Below, one piece after another: positions 48,301 to 57,138 of a stretch of 64,000 bases of DNA. The first letter of the stretch is position 1, and every line of letters begins with the position of its first letter. A program made the position numbers and the translations under genes. Origin of the DNA: Bacteroidales bacterium UBA1402 (GTDB lineage Bacteria > Bacteroidota > Bacteroidia > Bacteroidales > UBA1402). The notes under the pieces were generated by a model. The model ran no database searches. It worked only from the letters and a program-made list of their open reading frames with translations, and was not told the origin of the DNA. The DNA is taken from contig DBQE01000021.1 of the NCBI GenBank assembly GCA_002305085.1, positions 68,831-132,830 on the forward strand, given 5' to 3'.

Positions 48301-49978
48301 CAACAACTTGTTCTACAAGCGTTGGAGCGAGCAACATGCACCTATTGCATATATAAGCCTGCCGGCAGCTTTGGCCACCGACACACAGTTGATCGAGGTT
48401 GAAGTTTTGAACAACTTCTTCTATCCCAATAATGTTGTATCTGTTGTTGACGGACAGGCCCTTACTCTTAGCCAAGCCAGTGCTGTCACCCCGAGCTACA
48501 ACCTCTTGACTGCTTCCGGTCTGGGCATTACCGATGTATTTATTGACGAAGAAGCGCTGACTATCTCAAAAGGTTCGCCCCTCTTCATAAGCGGAACAGG
48601 ACGTACCCCGGTAGGAATTGTTGAGCGTTATGTGGACAGAACCGAAAGCGGAATCATCAGAGTTACCAATTCTTTTGAATTTAGAACGGCTCTGAGTATC
48701 GCCATTGGAGGAGATGTTATCGAAGTGGAAAACAATCTCACCGACACCTTAGGTATCTATCAAATTGGACAGGGTATGGCCTTCCCGCAAACATTCGGCA
48801 ACCTGACTATCAGAGCTGCCAAAGGCCATTCACCTACAATCTTTGGGCGCTTATCGTCCAACAACGGCATGAAGCTCAACACCTTCCTGGTAGAAGGCTT
48901 GCACTGGTCTGGTGGCGATAGCGGCATAGTCAATTTCAATTCCGACAGCTACGCTCCTTTCTATATCAGTACTGCCGACTCTGTAATGGACGCCTTTATT
49001 GTACGCAATTGTACTTTCACCGATCTGGACTATCAGCCCATCATGAGAACCAACAATTGCGCCGATGCGTTGATTAATGAGGTGCTGTTTGAATACTGTA
49101 CTTTTGACAATATGGGCTGGAACAAAGCTTCCGGAAACCAGGGTTATCATTTCTTCCAATTCTTGAGCAATCCTACTTATGAATTGGATAAATTCACCTT
49201 CAGGGAAAATATCGTCAAAAACTTCCACGGAAGTCAGTTCTTCAACATTACCAGAGAAGGTTCACCCTCGCATAAGGGAGATTCAACCATTTATGTAACC
49301 ATTGAGAACAACACCTTCTACAAAATAGGAGGCACCGGTGCTTCTGCCAGACAATTCTTGGGCTTCAACAAAAAACCGGCCGGTTTTGATGCTTACATCA
49401 AAATCAACAACAACCTGTTCTACAAACGTTGGAGTAATCAGAATCATCCTATAAGCAACCTTGCCTTGTACTATCCCGATACCGATCAGGTGTTGGATGT
49501 TCAAGTTCTCAAGAACTTCTTCGCTCCCGACTCTGTATGTGCCCAAAAGGGTAAAACAGTCAGTTTACCGGTGTCGGAAGGCGACGAAACCAAGGTAACT
49601 TTTGAACGTTTGTTCACGTCCACTTTGTTCCTCGACAGCGTATTCTACAACGAAGAGAAATTACAAATTGACGGAAGTACTTCACCCTTGTATACCGCCG
49701 GATTAAATGGCACCTACGTTGGAGCCAAAGCTACTTATATTAATGTTGACGGCATTAGTAAACCAAGTGTTTCCGGCAAGGACAGGAATGTGTTTACCAA
49801 GAACGGTGTACTATACATACAAACCGACAGTAAACAAACAGTAGAAATCTACAACGTCCTGGGTAAATTAATTCATTGCGTTCAGGTCAATGAAGGAGTT
49901 AATGCTATTGATGGTTTGAATACACGACAAATCTATTTGGTTAAGACAAACAACGACGTCGTGAAAGTAATCCTATAA
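45347..49978 (+). CDS. Uncharacterised 1543-aa secreted protein: unknown N-terminal domains, two tandem ~370-aa beta-helix-like modules, T9SS CTD
   Basis: Signal peptide MKKILTPLLTTLLLFLVAVPKADA. Two paralogous modules share ENCTF/RNCTF, NIVKNFHG, NN(I/T)FYK(L/I)GG and KINNNLFYKRWS motifs. No catalytic family recognised by eye. Confidence 0.8.
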   Translation: MKKILTPLLTTLLLFLVAVPKADAIITDPNDYIIYDSGIMADSAHCSTWEFPPFMTITDNVSVKKVNKWGRHNNSVVDYGYPPKTDVATLKGKVDLWGIVIGQEKGYSGISNTAFLEQPEEERPLFYVNRWKGGWLYGRPTDSIVIRIPTTSDSIFIQGCGTNSFYAIMAYELHRGKDSAWYIGGNWGNVFNLGFKPKHAPGTDSTDIVVLGPHKDWYTSGVEWQGNAFQMRLVNAADQNEDGTMKNKKSERWGFFEGTSINRIKIFGQIEKGSVPEFDGTIAGWDFLYRPKASGTVDLTSFVTDIDGEWEADYYSLYASDLGVVRGMLTASSPSDGMQLGKDCGVKAVMISPAGKNDTVDFTLAEEHANYFQIDVSLQDFQEINLNFDFNLRDAADSCVVAYAVDGADTFTVAGKFAAPEDWDGLTHVSVDLPELTNQSYVTIRILQNNGALDENGQFILANLSINGFDYVEHKEGALNVAYINTIADRIKTFDRAITSDSLDKVILPALMENFNVTYVYPDIYAGISDSAGVNALFADYDVVVLSEFPDATSDIAKACKYLVGNKPLLNLKAMTYNSNSWNWGVAGNGKYDQATPVELRAKVQSNMVFHPVFKNIELDSLKAFNVFDTLFLSRGATSNDFKGLQGFSSYKGPQAYTLAVMEQSPDLACIQEINSNPAAKYVMIGLSAENYENVSEEGVQLIINAVNYIGSGDVFAVPNFNMTSSGATVENTEELIAALAYDYSALNLDIVTIKLKNSTDASGVYEIGNSGMIFPRSSNDLVLQPASGATPSIWGRFYATNGMKLNNLTFKNLTWDGGNTALANYDNASYEPFYFNKADTLTGGITVENCTFKNFNSTSVMKTDNCAGALINAVVFRGNLFENIGGSKASGVDGPTLIEFSDAANYQCDSLLFSKNIVKNFHGNHLFNIPRKGTTAEYDSVWPNFSVVIANNIFYKLGGNATANKHFLIYNGALGGLNAKVKINNNLFYKRWSEQHAPIAYISLPAALATDTQLIEVEVLNNFFYPNNVVSVVDGQALTLSQASAVTPSYNLLTASGLGITDVFIDEEALTISKGSPLFISGTGRTPVGIVERYVDRTESGIIRVTNSFEFRTALSIAIGGDVIEVENNLTDTLGIYQIGQGMAFPQTFGNLTIRAAKGHSPTIFGRLSSNNGMKLNTFLVEGLHWSGGDSGIVNFNSDSYAPFYISTADSVMDAFIVRNCTFTDLDYQPIMRTNNCADALINEVLFEYCTFDNMGWNKASGNQGYHFFQFLSNPTYELDKFTFRENIVKNFHGSQFFNITREGSPSHKGDSTIYVTIENNTFYKIGGTGASARQFLGFNKKPAGFDAYIKINNNLFYKRWSNQNHPISNLALYYPDTDQVLDVQVLKNFFAPDSVCAQKGKTVSLPVSEGDETKVTFERLFTSTLFLDSVFYNEEKLQIDGSTSPLYTAGLNGTYVGAKATYINVDGISKPSVSGKDRNVFTKNGVLYIQTDSKQTVEIYNVLGKLIHCVQVNEGVNAIDGLNTRQIYLVKTNNDVVKVIL
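47504..49738 (+). repeat. Internal tandem duplication (module 1 ~47504-48631, module 2 ~48632-49738) within the 1543-aa ORF
   Basis: By-eye alignment of NNLTFKNLTWDGG...KVKINNNLFYKRWSEQHAPIAY with NTFLVEGLHWSGG...YIKINNNLFYKRWSNQNHPISN shows collinear similarity (roughly 35-45 percent identity, estimated, not computed). Confidence 0.8.
49787..49975 (+). other. T9SS C-terminal sorting domain
   Basis: NVFTKNGVLYIQTDSKQTVEIYNVLGKLIHCVQVNEGVNAIDGLNTRQIYLVKTNNDVVKVIL is CTD-like (V-x-I-Y-N-x-x-G...IYLVK). Confidence 0.7.
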
Positions 49979-50002
49979 ACAGACAGCTTTAGCTCAAACT
50001 CA

Positions 50003-50049
50003 AGCCCCGAACAGAACCGTGATTGGTCCAGTTCGGGGCTAAGTTTTTT
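50003..50049 (+). terminator. Rho-independent terminator after the 1543-aa gene
   Basis: 10-bp perfect stem AGCCCCGAAC (50003-50012) / GTTCGGGGCT (50031-50040), followed by AAG and TTTTTT (50044-50049). Sits between convergent genes. Confidence 0.7.
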
Positions 50050-50061
50050 ATAAGAAGATTA

Positions 50062-51375
50062 TTACAAATACATATTTATTATGGCCTCGTACAATTCCTG
50101 TTTACCGCTTATCTGGCGGGGTTCTCCGTTTTTAAGAGCGAATGCCCTGAGTTCTTCCAGTCCCAGGCGACCTTCTTCGAAAGCCTTACCTTCGCCCTGA
50201 TCGAAAGAAGCGTAACGTTCTTTACGCATTTTTTTGTAAGGCGATTTTTCCAAAATATCGGCGGCGGCGAGCAAAGCGCGGGCAAAAGCATCCATGCCGG
50301 CTATGTGGGCAATGAAAATATCCTCCAGGTCGGTGGAATTTCTGCGAGTTTTAGCGTCGAAATTGGTGCCGCCTGTACCAAGGCCGCCGGCTTGTAAAAT
50401 AACCAACCAAGCCTCAGTCAATTCATTCAGGTTCATAGGGAACTGATCGGTGTCCCAACCGTTTTGATAGTCGCCCCGGTTGGCGTCGATACTGCCCAAC
50501 ATGCCGGCATCGGCGGCACACTGTAGCTCATGTTCAAAGGTATGGCCTGCCAGGGTGGCGTGGTTCACTTCAATATTAACCTTAAAATCTTTGTCCAAAC
50601 TGTGCGCTCTCAAAAATCCAATAACCGTTTCGGTGTCGGCATCGTACTGGTGTTTGGTAGGTTCCATGGGTTTGGGTTCAATCAGGAAAGTTCCTTTGAA
50701 TCCTTTGGCACGGGCATAATCACGTGCCTTGGTCAGCATCATGGCCAAATGAGCTTTTTCACGTTTCATGTCGGTATTGAGCAAGCTCATATAACCTTCT
50801 CGACCACCCCAGAACACGTAGTTTTCACCACCCAGGGCAATAGTAGCGTCCAGCGCATTTTTAATTTGAACAGCGGCATAAGCCACCGAAGCAAACTCGG
50901 GATTGGTTGCAGCACCGTTCATATAACGCTTATGACCAAACACATTGGCTGTGCCCCACAAGAGCTTTATTCCGGTTTCGGCTTGCTTTTTTTTGGCGTA
51001 TTCTACCATGGTTTTGAGGTTGGCTTCGTATTCCTCTATCGTTTCGGCCTCATCGACCAGGTCAACATCGTGGAAACAATAGTATTGTATGCCTATTTTA
51101 CTCATAAACTCAAAACCGGCATCCATTTTGGCTTTGGCCCTTTCCAGGACCGTTCCCTTGTTCCAGGGGAAGGTTTTGGTGCCTCCGCCAAACTGGTCAC
51201 CGCCTTCGGCACAGAGCGTATGCCAGTAGGCCATCGAAAACCGAGTCCATTCGGCCAGGGTTTTGCCCATTACCACTTTGTTTGCATCGTAATAACGAAA
51301 TGCCAGAGGATTTTTGGATTGAGGTCCTTCGTACTTGATTTTCCCGATACCGGGAAAGAATTCTTTTGTTGACAT
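50062..51375 (-). CDS. xylA: Xylose isomerase
   Basis: The ATG at 51375 gives [43 protein letters not shown].... ...FCFHDVD..., ...LWGTANVF..., ...[16 protein letters not shown]... are XylA signatures. Confidence 0.95.
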   Translation of the reverse strand: MSTKEFFPGIGKIKYEGPQSKNPLAFRYYDANKVVMGKTLAEWTRFSMAYWHTLCAEGGDQFGGGTKTFPWNKGTVLERAKAKMDAGFEFMSKIGIQYYCFHDVDLVDEAETIEEYEANLKTMVEYAKKKQAETGIKLLWGTANVFGHKRYMNGAATNPEFASVAYAAVQIKNALDATIALGGENYVFWGGREGYMSLLNTDMKREKAHLAMMLTKARDYARAKGFKGTFLIEPKPMEPTKHQYDADTETVIGFLRAHSLDKDFKVNIEVNHATLAGHTFEHELQCAADAGMLGSIDANRGDYQNGWDTDQFPMNLNELTEAWLVILQAGGLGTGGTNFDAKTRRNSTDLEDIFIAHIAGMDAFARALLAAADILEKSPYKKMRKERYASFDQGEGKAFEEGRLGLEELRAFALKNGEPRQISGKQELYEAIINMYL

Positions 51376-51400
51376 AATTATTTGTTTTGTGTTGATATAA

Positions 51401-52873
51401 CTAAAGGTATTGTTTCCAGCGATCATAAGCTTCCAGATAAGCAGGCTGCTCAGCAGGTTTGGGATTGATTCGGGCTATCCTTTTGAGTTTACCGAAAGCT
51501 TCCTGTGGTGTAAGATAAATACCGGCACCTATTCCCGCACCTCTGGCCGCTCCCACCGAACCATCGGTATCGTAGAGCTCAATAGCGGCACCTGTTAGGG
51601 TGGAAAGACTTTCGCGGAATAAGGGACTTAGAAACATATTGGCATGACCGGCCCTGATCAGCGCAGTATTAATTCCCATCGCCTGCATGATTTCCATACC
51701 ATAGGCAAAAGCAAATACGATGCCTTCCTGGGCCGCCCTAAGCAGATGCGCCTGGGAATGCCGGTTGAATTGCAAACCGTGTATACTGCATGAGGTGGTT
51801 TTGTTTTCAAGCATGCGCTCCGAGCCGTTACCAAAAGGTAAAATCGACAGGCCGTCGGCACCGATAGGCGCTGTAGCAGCCAACTCGTTCAATTGAGCGT
51901 AACTCAGGCTGTTTGAGGCAGAGTTACGTTTGAGCCAGGCATTCAATATGCCGGTACCGTTGATGCAAAGCAAAACGCCTATACGAGTGGACTCTTTGCT
52001 GTGATTGACATGAGCAAAACTATTAACCCTCGATTTCGAATCATAAGCCAGGCTGTCGTTCACACCATAGACCACGCCCGAAGTGCCTGCGGTGGCTGCG
52101 ATCTCACCCGGATTCAACACATTCAGCGACAAAGCATTGTTTGGCTGATCACCGGCACGGTAACAAATGGGAGTACCTTTGGACAAGCCTAATTCTCCGG
52201 CTGCCGAAGCCGACAAACGCCCTTGTTCCGAAAAAGAGGGCAATATCACGGGAATCCACTCCCGGGGTATGCCCCAATAATCCAGTATAAAATCTGCCGG
52301 CTGGTGCAGCTTAAAGTCCCAAAAAATACCTTCGGACAAACCCGAAGCCGTGGTAGAGGTTTCTCCGGTCAGGCGAAATGCAATATAATCTCCCGGTAAC
52401 AAAATCTTATCGATCTGCTTAAAAAGCTCCGGCTCATTTTCTTTGACCCAGGCCAGCTTGGCTGCGGTAAAGTTTCCGGGAGAATTGAGCAAATGCGAAA
52501 GACAACGCTCCTCTCCCAGGTCGCGAAAGGCTTTTTCACCGTAAGGCACAGCTCTCGAATCGCACCAGATGATGGCCGGACGCAATACTTTCTGTTGTTT
52601 GTCGACCAATACCAAGCCGTGCATCTGATAGGAGATACCGATGGCTTTTATCGAAGTCGCTTCAACCCTGGTATTTAACAGTATTTCTTTAGTGACAATT
52701 TTGAGGTTCTGCCACCAATCTTCGGGATCTTGCTCTGCCCAGCCTGCTTGCAGGGCCTTTATCGACATTTCTGTGACCGGTGAAAAGGCGGAGTAGATAC
52801 ATTCGCCACTCTGCGCATCTACCAAAGAAGCTTTCACCGAAGAACTTCCTATATCGTAACCCAGTAAATACAT
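51401..52873 (-). CDS. xylB: Xylulokinase (FGGY carbohydrate kinase)
   Basis: [19 protein letters not shown]..., ...[13 protein letters not shown]..., ...GDQPNNALS..., ...[12 protein letters not shown]-like C-terminus. 490 aa, immediately upstream of xylA. Confidence 0.85.
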   Translation of the reverse strand: MYLLGYDIGSSSVKASLVDAQSGECIYSAFSPVTEMSIKALQAGWAEQDPEDWWQNLKIVTKEILLNTRVEATSIKAIGISYQMHGLVLVDKQQKVLRPAIIWCDSRAVPYGEKAFRDLGEERCLSHLLNSPGNFTAAKLAWVKENEPELFKQIDKILLPGDYIAFRLTGETSTTASGLSEGIFWDFKLHQPADFILDYWGIPREWIPVILPSFSEQGRLSASAAGELGLSKGTPICYRAGDQPNNALSLNVLNPGEIAATAGTSGVVYGVNDSLAYDSKSRVNSFAHVNHSKESTRIGVLLCINGTGILNAWLKRNSASNSLSYAQLNELAATAPIGADGLSILPFGNGSERMLENKTTSCSIHGLQFNRHSQAHLLRAAQEGIVFAFAYGMEIMQAMGINTALIRAGHANMFLSPLFRESLSTLTGAAIELYDTDGSVGAARGAGIGAGIYLTPQEAFGKLKRIARINPKPAEQPAYLEAYDRWKQYL

Positions 52874-52875
52874 TA

Positions 52876-54018
52876 TCAGGCGATTTTATGCGATCCCCTA
52901 CCGATTTTGACATCGTAAACCTTGGGAGCACGGTTGAATTGTTTTTTGTAGGCGGCAATAGCCTCTTCGATAAAGTCGGAGTAATGACTGTCTTCCAAAA
53001 GATTTATGGTGCAGCCGCCGAATCCTCCGCCCATCATACGTGCACCCAGGGCTCCGTTTTTAACGGCAATACTTACCAAAAAGTCCAATTCCTCGCAACT
53101 GACATTATATTCCTTGCTTAAGCCCTCGTGCGAACCGTACATTTTTTTTCCGAATTCCGCGTAATCATCGTGTTTAAGGGCCTCGCAGGCATCAAGCAAA
53201 CGCTGGTTTTCTTCGATGACATAGCGACAACGGCGATAGGTGCTCTCTCTGAGCTCTTTTTTGAAATCGTTCAACAAATCGAGGCTGACATCGCGCAGTA
53301 ATGTTACTTGCGGGTGCTTTTTTTGAATAATAGACACCCCCTCCTCGCATTCCGCACGGCGTATATTGTATTCCGAAGCCGCTAGGTTGTGCTTAACCTG
53401 GGTATCGAGCAAGACCAACCGACAATTTTTGGGATGAAAAGGCACCAATTCGTATTCCAGCGAACGGCAATCGAGGCGTATCAAGTGATCTGTCTCTCCA
53501 AACACCGAGGCGAATTGATCCATAATGCCGCAACGTACTCCAACGGCGTTGTGTTCGGCAGCCTGTCCGATCAGGGCCATATCCAACTTGGTCAGTCCCA
53601 GTTTATACAAGTCGTTCAAGGCAAAGGCAAAAGTCGATTCCAAAGCGGCCGAAGTCGATAAGCCTGAACCTATGGGAATATCTCCTCCAAACACACAATC
53701 GAAGCCGCCAACCCGCAAACCGCGTTTAACGATTTCTCTGATTACACCGTAGATATACAGGGCCCAGGAAGCAATAGGTCTTTCGTCTAAACCAAATTCG
53801 GCTGTTTCTTTCATGTCGTAAGAATACACTCTGACCATATCGGTCCCATTGGGATTGATGGCTGCAACAATGAGTTTGTCGATAGCACCGGGAAATACGA
53901 AACCACCGTTGTAATCGGTATGTTCGCCGATCAGGTTTACCCTGCCCGGAGAGGCATACAGGCTAAATTTTGAGCCGTAACGTTTCTTGAATTGTGTCGA
54001 AATAGCTGTGTAATCCAT
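52876..54018 (-). CDS. galK: Galactokinase
   Basis: ...ASPGRVNLIGEHTDYNGGFVFPGAI... (galactokinase signature), ...GGDIPIGSGLSTSAALE... (GHMP ATP motif), ...GARMMGGGFGGCTINL.... Confidence 0.95.
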   Translation of the reverse strand: MDYTAISTQFKKRYGSKFSLYASPGRVNLIGEHTDYNGGFVFPGAIDKLIVAAINPNGTDMVRVYSYDMKETAEFGLDERPIASWALYIYGVIREIVKRGLRVGGFDCVFGGDIPIGSGLSTSAALESTFAFALNDLYKLGLTKLDMALIGQAAEHNAVGVRCGIMDQFASVFGETDHLIRLDCRSLEYELVPFHPKNCRLVLLDTQVKHNLAASEYNIRRAECEEGVSIIQKKHPQVTLLRDVSLDLLNDFKKELRESTYRRCRYVIEENQRLLDACEALKHDDYAEFGKKMYGSHEGLSKEYNVSCEELDFLVSIAVKNGALGARMMGGGFGGCTINLLEDSHYSDFIEEAIAAYKKQFNRAPKVYDVKIGRGSHKIA

Positions 54019-54064
54019 GTGATTTAAATTGCTAATGTTTTATATTGCTGATGTCCTTAATTTT

Positions 54065-54973
54065 TTACCAAAGTTTCGAAGGGTATTCTCCTGCCTCGAC
54101 CAGTTCTTTGATTTTACTTACTACCGTGGGCCGATCTTCGGCATACGTCACCCCAAACCACTTGGAAGGAGTATCCAGAACCTTACAGACAGCCTTACCC
54201 TGATTAACCAGATTGTTTACCACCCAGGGAATATAAAATTCAGCCTTGGGATTGTCGATGTTTTCTTTGAGAAACTCGATGAAATTAGCTTCGGAATAAT
54301 CGAAATAATCGGGGGTAAAACCCCACATATTCATAGATACGGGGGTATTTTCACCTACCGTCACTAATTGCTCGTTTTCGTCTTTGTATTTAACCAAACC
54401 GTCTTGGTCGCGAATTATCCAGGTGCGTTCCACCACGGTGGTCAGGCAGTTGTTTTCGTCGGTCTGACATATTCCTCTGGCCACCGAACCACTCTCTGAC
54501 AAAGTGTTGCCTATCCTGTAACCGACCATGCAATAGTGGTTCTTTTTCCCTTGCATCTCGTTCAAGGCCTTTGCCAGAACCACATAACTTTCCTTGCCGT
54601 AAAAATCATCGGCATTAATCACCGCAAAGGGTTCTTTAATGACGTCTTTACCCATCAACACGGCATGATTGGTTCCCCAGGGTTTTTGTCTCCCGGGTGG
54701 ACAGACAAAGCCGGCAGGCAAGTCGTTCAAGTCCTGAAAAACAATCTCCACAGGCATAAGACCTTGGTATTTACTCACAATTTTAGTCTTAAAATCCTCT
54801 TCGAAACTCTTACGAATAACAAAGACTACTTTGCCGAATCCGGCTCTGGCTGCGTCAAAAATGGAATAATCCATAATGGTTTCTCCACGGGGACCCACTC
54901 CGTCCAATTGCTTGAGCCCTCCGTAACGACTGCCCATTCCTGCTGCTAAAACAAATAGTGTTGGTTTGGTCAT
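54065..54973 (-). CDS. Sugar-phosphate nucleotidyltransferase (NTP_transferase superfamily), specificity unknown
   Basis: N-terminal LAAGMGSRYGGLKQLDGVGP is a G-x-G-(T/S)-R pyrophosphorylase loop. 302 aa. First gene of the apparent operon with galK-xylB-xylA. Confidence 0.6.
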   Translation of the reverse strand: MTKPTLFVLAAGMGSRYGGLKQLDGVGPRGETIMDYSIFDAARAGFGKVVFVIRKSFEEDFKTKIVSKYQGLMPVEIVFQDLNDLPAGFVCPPGRQKPWGTNHAVLMGKDVIKEPFAVINADDFYGKESYVVLAKALNEMQGKKNHYCMVGYRIGNTLSESGSVARGICQTDENNCLTTVVERTWIIRDQDGLVKYKDENEQLVTVGENTPVSMNMWGFTPDYFDYSEANFIEFLKENIDNPKAEFYIPWVVNNLVNQGKAVCKVLDTPSKWFGVTYAEDRPTVVSKIKELVEAGEYPSKLW

Positions 54974-54998
54974 AGTTCTTTTTTTGGGTTAGTAAACA

Positions 54999-55006
54999 CA
55001 AAGGTA
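54999..55006 (-). promoter_or_regulatory. Candidate -7 promoter box (TACCTTTG) for the nucleotidyltransferase-galK-xylB-xylA operon
   Basis: Plus-strand CAAAGGTA equals minus-strand TACCTTTG, 26 nt upstream of the start at 54973. Confidence 0.45.
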
Positions 55007-55019
55007 GTCAGAATATTCA

Positions 55020-55027
55020 TATCTTTG
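55020..55027 (+). promoter_or_regulatory. Candidate -7 promoter box (TATCTTTG) for the PPIase-M16 unit
   Basis: TAnnTTTG match 23 nt upstream of the ATG at 55050, back-to-back with the minus-strand box. Confidence 0.45.
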
Positions 55028-55049
55028 CGGGGCTTAAAATAAATTAAAC

Positions 55050-55874
55050 ATGAAAAAACTGTTTTTTTTCATTTCCGTACTGCTCCTTACCAGCCAAACT
55101 CACATGATGCATTCCGAAGAAAAAGCAACTTTTGTCCTGATGGAAACCTCCATGGGCAAAGTCAAAATCAAGCTCTACAACGAAACCCCCAAGCACCGGG
55201 ACAATTTTATTAAGTTGGTAAACGAAGGTTATTTCAACAACCTGCTGTTTCACCGCGTCATCAAAGACTTTATGATTCAGGGCGGAGACCCCGAATCGCG
55301 CAATGCCCCTGCCGGCAAACAATTGGGTTCCGGCGGTCCCGGCTACACGATTCCCGCAGAATTTGTTTACCCCAAATACTTCCACAAGCGCGGTGCTTTG
55401 TCGGCTGCCCGCACCGGAGACCAGGTGAATCCTCAAAAAGCCTCCTCCGGCTCTCAGTTTTATATTGTCTGGGGACAGGTTTACAAAGCCTCGGACATCG
55501 ACCAGTTGGAAGCTCAAAAAATCAACCAGGCCAAAAATGCTTATTTTCAGCAATTGGCCGGAAAACAGCAAAGCAAAATCCAACAGTTGTACCAAGCCGG
55601 CGATCAAGCCGGTCTGCAAAAACTTCAGAATGAACTGATAGCCCAAATGGAAGCTTATTTCGAGGCTAACCCTCCCCAAGGACTCAGCCCTGAACAAATC
55701 AAGGCTTATACCAGCCTGGGCGGTACTCCTCATCTCGACAACGAATACACGGTCTTTGGCGAAGTTGTCGAAGGCCTGGAGGTTGTCGGAAAAATACAGT
55801 CGGTCGAAACCGGCACTGCCGACCGTCCCAAAACCGATGTGGTAATCCTTAGTATGCAGGTGATCGGAAACTGA
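55050..55874 (+). CDS. Peptidyl-prolyl cis-trans isomerase, cyclophilin type, with ~85-aa Gln-rich helical insertion
   Basis: Signal peptide. ...FHRVIKDFMIQGGDP..., ...GALSAARTGD...SGSQFYIV..., ...GGTPHLDNEYTVFGEVVEGLEVV... are cyclophilin motifs. An insertion lies between the SQFYIV and TPHLD blocks. Confidence 0.85.
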   Translation: MKKLFFFISVLLLTSQTHMMHSEEKATFVLMETSMGKVKIKLYNETPKHRDNFIKLVNEGYFNNLLFHRVIKDFMIQGGDPESRNAPAGKQLGSGGPGYTIPAEFVYPKYFHKRGALSAARTGDQVNPQKASSGSQFYIVWGQVYKASDIDQLEAQKINQAKNAYFQQLAGKQQSKIQQLYQAGDQAGLQKLQNELIAQMEAYFEANPPQGLSPEQIKAYTSLGGTPHLDNEYTVFGEVVEGLEVVGKIQSVETGTADRPKTDVVILSMQVIGN

Positions 55875-55876
55875 CT

Positions 55877-57115
55877 ATGCGTTTCTTCTCCCACCGGCTG
55901 AGCAATGGTTTGCGTCTCTTGTACTGCCCTATAAGCAATACAAGAATGACTACTGTTAATCTTATGTATAACGTGGGTTCCAAAGATGAACATCCCGATC
56001 ATACGGGCTTTGCCCATCTTTTTGAACACCTGATGTTTGCAGGCTCTGCCAGGGTGCCCGATTTTGATAAGGCCATACGGGAAGCCTCGGGCGAAAACAA
56101 CGCCTGGACCAGTCGCGACGTTACCAATTATTACATCACCCTGCCCTCGCACAAGCTCGACACAGCCCTGTTTTTGGAAAGTGACCGCATGTCGTCGCTC
56201 AACATCAATCAACGTAGCCTCGAGATTCAAAAACAAGTGGTGTTGGAAGAGTTCAAACAACGCCACCTGAATCAACCCTATGGAGATGTTTCCATGCTTT
56301 TACGCTCACTGGCCTACGAGGGGCATCCTTATTCCTGGCCCACCATCGGAAAGTCTACGGAGCATATCGAAGCCTTCAACCTGGACGATGTACACGCATT
56401 TTACCGCCGGCATTACAACCCGGACAATGCTGTGCTGGCCATTACGGGCGATTTCGATTTCGAACGTCTGAAAGAGCTTAGCCAAGAATATTTTGGAGCT
56501 ATAGCAGCTGCAAAAGCAGACAAACCTGAATTTCCTGTCTGGCCCCAACAAGAGGGCCCCCGTTTTCTGGAAGTGGAACGCCCCGTTCCCGGCCCGGCAT
56601 TGTATAAACTCTGGCGGGCACATGCAGTTTGCGAAGAAGAGTACACCACCTGCGACCTTCTGACCGATGCCCTGTCCTTAGGCAATTCCTCGAGGCTCTA
56701 TCAGCAACTCGTCAAGGAACGCCAGGTATTCAGTCAGGCAGATATTTATGTTGGCGGCGAAGGACTGGCCGGAGCCGGCAGCATTCTTTTTTCGGGCAAA
56801 CCTGTAAAGGGCGTTAGCCTCGAAGAAGCCGAAAAAGCCCTGGAAGCCTGTCTCAATCAGATAGCCACGGAAGCCCCGGGGCAGGAAGAGCTCAATAAAA
56901 TACTCAATAAACACGAATCGGCTTTTTTATTCCAAAACACCGATGCCAGACACCTGGCTACACAGGCTTGCTGGTACGAAATCCTCGGTTCTGCCGACAA
57001 TTACCTGCAGGAACCCGAAAGATTAAAAAACTTAAACGGCGAGGATCTCCGCTCCATGGCCGAAAAGGTATTCCGGCCCGAAAACTGCTCTACGTTGTAT
57101 TATCGAAACACCTAA
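55877..57115 (+). CDS. M16 family zinc peptidase (pitrilysin/insulinase-like)
   Basis: Inverted zinc motif HxxEH in GFAHLFEHLMFAGS, with the downstream E in ...NAWTSRDVTNYY.... 412 aa. Starts 2 nt after the PPIase stop. Confidence 0.85.
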   Translation: MRFFSHRLSNGLRLLYCPISNTRMTTVNLMYNVGSKDEHPDHTGFAHLFEHLMFAGSARVPDFDKAIREASGENNAWTSRDVTNYYITLPSHKLDTALFLESDRMSSLNINQRSLEIQKQVVLEEFKQRHLNQPYGDVSMLLRSLAYEGHPYSWPTIGKSTEHIEAFNLDDVHAFYRRHYNPDNAVLAITGDFDFERLKELSQEYFGAIAAAKADKPEFPVWPQQEGPRFLEVERPVPGPALYKLWRAHAVCEEEYTTCDLLTDALSLGNSSRLYQQLVKERQVFSQADIYVGGEGLAGAGSILFSGKPVKGVSLEEAEKALEACLNQIATEAPGQEELNKILNKHESAFLFQNTDARHLATQACWYEILGSADNYLQEPERLKNLNGEDLRSMAEKVFRPENCSTLYYRNT

Positions 57116-57138
57116 TCTGCAGAACATTCGGAATATTG

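Noticed and set aside
55044-55733. 229-aa minus-strand ORF covering the PPIase gene.
   Set aside because: It is antisense to a well-supported cyclophilin CDS, and its start would sit inside the divergent promoter region.
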